Origin: Desulfobacterales bacterium
GTDB taxonomy: Bacteria > Desulfobacterota > Desulfobacteria > Desulfobacterales > UBA2174
Reading direction: 5' to 3'
DNA: 64,000 bases
Assembly (NCBI GenBank): GCA_963668645.2
Contig: CAXXWC010000019.1
Coordinates: 384,001 to 448,000 of the forward strand
Part shown: positions 58,918 through 64,000 of the stretch, in pieces
Position numbering within the stretch: position 1 is the stretch's first letter
Layout of the letters: each line of letters opens with the position of its first letter
The notes under the pieces: generated by a model
Database searches by the model: none
What the model was told of the DNA's origin: nothing
Seen by the model: the letters and a program-made list of their open reading frames with translations, nothing else
Made by a program: the position numbers and the translations under genes

Positions 58918-61179
58918 TCAGGCCGGAAGTTCAATGACAAACTTTGCCCCTCGCGGAACGTTGCTTTCCGCCCGAACGGTGCCGCCATGTTCGGAAAGGA
59001 TGGTGTTGACGATGGTCAGCCCGAGTCCCATCCCGGCCTTTTTGGTGGAAAAATTCGGTTCGAAAAGCCGGGACCGGTTCTTTAAAGGAATGCCCATGCC
59101 GTCGTCGGCCACCTCTATCAGGACCGAGCCGTGTTCGGCATCATGGGCCAGGGTCACCGTGACCGTGCCGGCCCGGCGCACGGCGGTCACGGCATTGTCA
59201 ACCAGATTGATCAGCGCCTGCTTGATTTGCCGGCGGTCGATGTGAAGGCTGGGAATCGGGTTGCGCACATCGATGCCAAAACGCACCTGGTCGTAGCCTT
59301 CACGGTAAAGGGCGATGGTCTCTTCGACGATGGGCAGCAGCTCGCAGGGTTCACGCACCGCGGCGGGAAAACGTGCAAACGCCGAAAATTCGTTGACCAT
59401 GTTGCGTATCAATTCCACGTGATCAATGATCATGCGCACACATTCTTCGAAAACCGGCTCGTTGAGCCGTGCGGCATACTTGCGTTTGAGACGCTGGGCC
59501 GAAAGGGTGATGGGGGTGAGCGGGTTTTTCACCTCGTGGGCGATGCGCCGGGCCACTTCACGCCAGGCCGCCATTCGCTGGGCCTTTTCCAGCTCGGTCA
59601 GATCGTCGAAGACACAGACCACTCCCATGTGGTGGTTGCTGTCGTCGGTCAGGGCACTGGCATGGGCAATGAAACTGCGAGGCTGGCCGGCCACGGTGAC
59701 CGACAGGGGAATTTCCAGGGTCTCGCCCGGCGTGGTGAGCAATCTTTCCACGATCTGGGTGGCCATCTCGAGCTGTTCGCCGGAAAGCACATGCGAGTAA
59801 GGACGATCGAGGATCTGGTCGGCCTGCACATCAAGCATCCGTTCGGCCGATGGATTGAAATTGGTGATGCGGCCATCGGCCGCCACCGAAACCACCCCGG
59901 CGGAAACATTGCGCAGCAAGATCTCCATATATTGCCGGCGCGCCTCGATTTCCACATTGCGCTCGCGCAGGGTGCGGGCCGAGGCCTCGAGCTGCTCGCG
60001 GCTCGAATGCAGGTCACGGGTCATCTGGTTGAAGGCGTTGACCAGACTGCCCATCTCGTCGTCGGCCGGCATGGCCAGGGTAAAGCCGAGATCCCCCTCA
60101 GCCACCCGGCGGGTTCCGTCCGCCAGCTGGCCGAGGGGGATGGTGATGCTTTTGGCCAGGAAAAAGGCGAACCAGATGGCGCAGAAAACCACCAGCAATC
60201 CCACGATGGAGAGGGTGAGGTAATACGTGATGCGGATCGGCTCCTTGAGCCGCTTTATCTGCTGATATTCGGCAAATCCCCGGGAGATGGAATCCAGCTT
60301 CAGCGCCAGTTCCGGATCGAGAACCTGAGTGAGCACCACATAGGCTTGGGCCTCTTCCCGGGACGCCCCGAACGGGACCGTGGCAACGGTGCGCATCAAC
60401 TCACCGTAGGCGGCCGAATGGGTCACGGTCCTTACGCCCCCGGACGGTATTTCCGCCAGCAGTTCTTCGCTGGACAGCAACGGCATGCGCCCCTCTCCCG
60501 GGCTGTCGGCAGCGGCCATGTCGATCCGCTGCGCCCCCGGGTCATACACTTCCACGGCATGGATGTTGAACGCCCGCTGTACCACGTGCAGGTAATTGTT
60601 CAGGTTCTTGCGCCGTCCGGCCTCCATGTATTTCTTGACCCGGATCTGATAGGCCACCCGTTCGAGAAAAAAACGGTTGGTGGACTCGGCGCGCTGATAG
60701 ATCTTCTGCCCCACGGCCAGGGAGTTGGCCAAGGCCTGCTCCACCGGCACGTTGAACCAGAATTCGATGCTGGTGGTGATGAAGTTGAGGGAGAAAAAAA
60801 ACAAAATCGAGGTCGGCAAAAGGGTCAGGGCGATGAAGGCCACCACCAGCCGCGTGCGCAGCTTGGCCCCCATCACGCGCCGCCGGCGCTCGTAGAGCAG
60901 CTTTACAAGATTTCGAAAAACAAGAAAGATCAATAAGATAAGAAGAATCAAATTGATGTTGATGACGATGAACATCAAGATGGTGTTCGAAACTGGAATC
61001 CCGGCCCCAAAATGCAGAATCTGGGTTTCGGCGTAGGTCAGGGCAGCCATCAGCCCCAGAATGGCGACGATGAGGATTCTTTCGCGCCGCCGGCGGCGGC
61101 GTTCGTCTTCGGACAGCACGACAGCGGCAGGCTGGGCAGGACTGGAAGTCATGGCCAATGAGGGCGACATGGGCAGCAA
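58918..61179 (-). CDS. NtrY-like HAMP-PAS sensor histidine kinase
   Basis: Multiple TM helices, HAMP, PAS, AWREVARRIAHEVKNPLTPI, FEPNFSTK..G.GLGL. Confidence 0.92.
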   Translation of the reverse strand: MLPMSPSLAMTSSPAQPAAVVLSEDERRRRRRERILIVAILGLMAALTYAETQILHFGAGIPVSNTILMFIVININLILLILLIFLVFRNLVKLLYERRRRVMGAKLRTRLVVAFIALTLLPTSILFFFSLNFITTSIEFWFNVPVEQALANSLAVGQKIYQRAESTNRFFLERVAYQIRVKKYMEAGRRKNLNNYLHVVQRAFNIHAVEVYDPGAQRIDMAAADSPGEGRMPLLSSEELLAEIPSGGVRTVTHSAAYGELMRTVATVPFGASREEAQAYVVLTQVLDPELALKLDSISRGFAEYQQIKRLKEPIRITYYLTLSIVGLLVVFCAIWFAFFLAKSITIPLGQLADGTRRVAEGDLGFTLAMPADDEMGSLVNAFNQMTRDLHSSREQLEASARTLRERNVEIEARRQYMEILLRNVSAGVVSVAADGRITNFNPSAERMLDVQADQILDRPYSHVLSGEQLEMATQIVERLLTTPGETLEIPLSVTVAGQPRSFIAHASALTDDSNHHMGVVCVFDDLTELEKAQRMAAWREVARRIAHEVKNPLTPITLSAQRLKRKYAARLNEPVFEECVRMIIDHVELIRNMVNEFSAFARFPAAVREPCELLPIVEETIALYREGYDQVRFGIDVRNPIPSLHIDRRQIKQALINLVDNAVTAVRRAGTVTVTLAHDAEHGSVLIEVADDGMGIPLKNRSRLFEPNFSTKKAGMGLGLTIVNTILSEHGGTVRAESNVPRGAKFVIELPA

Positions 61180-61188
61180 GGGCCCATA

Positions 61189-61761
61189 TCAATAGATAAA
61201 GTCGACGGTATACCAGTCGGTTTCGAAATCCCACATGGATAAGAAAAACAGTACATAGTGCAGGTAGAAAGGCAACGTCAAGCGGCTCAGCTCCGCTTTG
61301 GCACGAAGCTGGTACTGGCGCCCCTTCTCGAGCCGGTTGAGCGCCACCACCTTCAAACCTTCCACCGAGGCCATCCACTGGCAGGCTTCTTCCAGGGAGC
61401 GCGTGACACGGGGTTTGCCCGGTTCCCAGGAGCGCGTGACGGTGAATTCCTTTTTAAGAGTTTCGTAGCGCAGTGTGTGGGTAACCGTGATATCGGCGAT
61501 TTGCCGATCAAACCAGAAGCGTCGCACCGCGTAAAGGGAGGTCAGAAAGGAAAAACTCGTCGGTACGCCGGCGAGGATGGCTTGACGGATGTCTTCGCGG
61601 AAAGCGCCCTCCACCCGCAGGTAGATGAGCAGATCGTCCCTTGTATTGGTGACCGTCAGGTCGGTAAGGCGGGCCTCCTGAGCATAACCTGGCGGCACTC
61701 CGGATATCGTCAGGGTCAACAGGCAGCAAAAGGCCAAAATGAGGCGTCGCGAAACCGTCAT
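61189..61761 (-). CDS. DUF4390-type periplasmic protein
   Basis: Signal peptide; AILAGVP, R.FWFD, LPF...WDFETDW; directly upstream of the NtrY-like gene. Confidence 0.75.
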   Translation of the reverse strand: MTVSRRLILAFCCLLTLTISGVPPGYAQEARLTDLTVTNTRDDLLIYLRVEGAFREDIRQAILAGVPTSFSFLTSLYAVRRFWFDRQIADITVTHTLRYETLKKEFTVTRSWEPGKPRVTRSLEEACQWMASVEGLKVVALNRLEKGRQYQLRAKAELSRLTLPFYLHYVLFFLSMWDFETDWYTVDFIY

Positions 61762-61831
61762 GGTCGTCCATTCCAGGCCTCGTCAGGCCATTTGCGGCGG
61801 CACGGAGGAAAAATCGAACACCACCACCGGC

Positions 61832-62767
61832 TTATCCTGCGCACCGCGACATCGGATGAACCTCATAGAACCGTTCAGCCATCGCACCCACGCCATTTGG
61901 GGGAAGGATGGTACGGGTTTCCCATGCGTCTTTGCGCGCAAAAAAGTGCTTGATAAAGGCATGGTTGAACGCGTGGCCGGATTTTTCGGCCACCACATGG
62001 CCCAAGAGGGGCAGACCGAGGAGGGAAAAATCCCCGATGCAGTCGAGGATCTTGTGCCTCACGAATTCATCGGCGAATCGCAGCCCTTCCTCGTTGAGGA
62101 CCCGATCCTTGTCAACCACCACGGCGTTGGCCAGACTACCCCCTTTGGCCAGACCATATTGCTGCATATAATCGATATCCTGCAAGAGCCCGAAGGTGCG
62201 GGCGCCGGCGATCTCCCGGGCAAAGACCTGATCGGAAACCTCGACGGTGCGCGACTGGCGACCGATGGCCGGGTTGTCGTATGCGATGGTGCAGTTGATG
62301 GTGTACGTATCGGCCGGGTAGAGGCTGACCGCCTTGCCGCTCTCTTTGAGAATGATCGGTTCCTTGACTACGAAATAGCACCGCGGACCGGGTTGGGCCA
62401 CAATCCCGGCCGCTTTCAGTTCGCTGGTGAACGGCCCGGCGCTGCCATCCATCACCGGCACCTCGTAAGCATCCAGTTCAACGCGGGCGTTGTCGATGCA
62501 AAGACCGGCAAAAGCGGCCATCAGATGTTCGATGGTAGAGACGATGAACCCGTTGTAGCCGATGACCGTTGCCTGGCTGGTATCGACCACGCGGTTAAAA
62601 TGGGCGTTGATGCCCGGTGAATCGGACAGATCGGTGCGGAAAAACTTGATGCCGTGGTTCACCGGAGCCGGTTTGATGGTCAGGTTGACGGATTTTCCCG
62701 AGTGCAGACCGACGCCGCAACAATGAACCGGGCGCGCCAGGGTGCGCTGCTGGAGGTAAGGATACAT
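61832..62767 (-). CDS. lpxC: UDP-3-O-acyl-N-acetylglucosamine deacetylase
   Basis: QRTL, GVGLHSG, TIEHLMAA, PVMDGSA, ARTFG, EFVRHKILDCIGD, SGH. Confidence 0.97.
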   Translation of the reverse strand: MYPYLQQRTLARPVHCCGVGLHSGKSVNLTIKPAPVNHGIKFFRTDLSDSPGINAHFNRVVDTSQATVIGYNGFIVSTIEHLMAAFAGLCIDNARVELDAYEVPVMDGSAGPFTSELKAAGIVAQPGPRCYFVVKEPIILKESGKAVSLYPADTYTINCTIAYDNPAIGRQSRTVEVSDQVFAREIAGARTFGLLQDIDYMQQYGLAKGGSLANAVVVDKDRVLNEEGLRFADEFVRHKILDCIGDFSLLGLPLLGHVVAEKSGHAFNHAFIKHFFARKDAWETRTILPPNGVGAMAERFYEVHPMSRCAG

Positions 62768-63083
62768 GATGTGACTGCTTCTCGTCCCGCCGCCTTGGGC
62801 GGCCTTCCACGCAATTGGTTCGATCCTGCGGTTCGCGACCCGGCTGAAAAGCGCCGAAGCCTTGCCGATGGACGTGGATTTAAAAGTTCTGTTTACAATC
62901 AGGCACGTTACATTGTACTAAAATGATGCCTTTTATCGCAGGACTCCCCTGTTTGGCAAGCTATTCCGACACAACCGCCCGATATTCGGCTGACCGGCGC
63001 CCTTTTCCACCTTTCAACAGGCTGACTTCAACACGGATGGGACGCAGGACACCGGCCGATGCAGGGCCTTTGAGGGAGGCGTT

Positions 63084-64000
63084 TTGCTGGCCAAGGTGCA
63101 CAGCAGTGCAGTGATGGGAATCGATGCCTACCTGGTGGAAGTGGAGGTGGATATCGCCGCGGGCCTGCCGGCCTATACCACCGTGGGGCTTCCCGAGACG
63201 GCGGTCAAAGAGAGCAAGGAGCGCGTCAAGGCCGCCATCGTCAACTCCGGCTACGAATTTACCGAAGACCGGATTACCGTCAACCTGGCACCGGCCAACA
63301 TAAAAAAGGAAGGCACCGGCTTCGATCTGCCCGTGGCCCTGGGACTGCTGGCCGCCACCGGAATCGTGCCCCAGGCCCGCCTTGACCGCTATCTGGTGTC
63401 AGGGGAACTCTCTCTGGACGGCCGGGTCAAGGCGGTCAACGGGTCCTTGCCCATGGCGCTGCGGGCCCGGGCCGCCGGCATGGCCGGGATCATCGTACCC
63501 CGCGAAAACGGCCCCGAAGCCGCCGTGGTGGGGGACATCGATGTCTATCCGGTAATCGATCTGCCCCAGGTGGTTGAATTTTTACGCGGCGTGGCGGCCG
63601 TGCCCCCGCTGAAAATCGATGTTGCAGCCCTTTTTGCCCGGGGCACGGACGATGCGGGAGACTTTTGCGAAGTCATGGGCCAGGAGTATGTCAAACGGGC
63701 CATGGAGGTCGCCGCAGCCGGATCCCACAATCTAATGATGATCGGACCGCCCGGCTCGGGCAAGACCATGCTGGCCAAGCGACTGGTCACGATCCTGCCC
63801 CCGCTCAGTTTCGCCGAAGCCATCGAAACCACCAAGGTTTACAGCGTGGTGGGGCTGCTCACCGAAGGGCATCCTTTGGTGACACGGCGCCCTTTTCGCG
63901 CCCCCCATCATACCATCTCGGATGCCGGCCTGATCGGCGGGGGCCACGTACCGCGGCCCGGCGAGGTAAGCCTGGCCCACAACGGGGTCCTGTTTCTCGA
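63084..64000 (+). CDS. comM: YifB/ComM Mg-chelatase-like AAA ATPase (runs off the window; not in ORF track)
   Basis: TTG start after ggagg; [70 protein letters not shown]. Confidence 0.93.
   Translation, partial: MLAKVHSSAVMGIDAYLVEVEVDIAAGLPAYTTVGLPETAVKESKERVKAAIVNSGYEFTEDRITVNLAPANIKKEGTGFDLPVALGLLAATGIVPQARLDRYLVSGELSLDGRVKAVNGSLPMALRARAAGMAGIIVPRENGPEAAVVGDIDVYPVIDLPQVVEFLRGVAAVPPLKIDVAALFARGTDDAGDFCEVMGQEYVKRAMEVAAAGSHNLMMIGPPGSGKTMLAKRLVTILPPLSFAEAIETTKVYSVVGLLTEGHPLVTRRPFRAPHHTISDAGLIGGGHVPRPGEVSLAHNGVLFL

Noticed and set aside
1..64000. CRISPR array, rRNA or prophage genes
   Set aside because: No regularly spaced direct repeats, rRNA-like sequence or phage structural genes were recognised.

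Overview
GC-rich chromosomal window, probably from a sulfate-reducing Desulfobacterota-type bacterium (inferred from gene content and order). The first ~5.4 kb is the edge of an accessory island abutting the 3' end of tRNA-Ser(CGA). It holds an integron attC site and an AT-rich gene cassette encoding a class III nucleotidyl-cyclase-like protein. A decayed group IIC intron is inserted antisense exactly into that cassette's own attC core, and its RT gene is internally replaced by a serine-recombinase fragment and a small AT-rich element. A CZB-GGDEF diguanylate cyclase and a CPBP protease follow. The rest is core genome: CHASE2 adenylate cyclase, pgk, radC, gpsA, gyrA, thiolase, arfB, Lon-like protease, cutA, a sigma54 two-component system with a Cys-rich protein and large NAD-GDH, DUF748, FmdB-Fur/FeoA-feoAB, PilSR-like system, XRE-pilMNOPQ, thrC, serS, pcm, coaD, rsmD, NtrYX-like pair, lpxC and a partial comM. 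The most notable observations are the cyclase-like cassette locked by an intron, a complete sigma54 module driving an uncharacterised twin-Cys-motif protein plus GDH, tandem NrdR-like boxes at the pilus locus, and an NtrX-like protein lacking both GAFTGA and HTH. All calls come from motif recognition by eye; no database searches were run.
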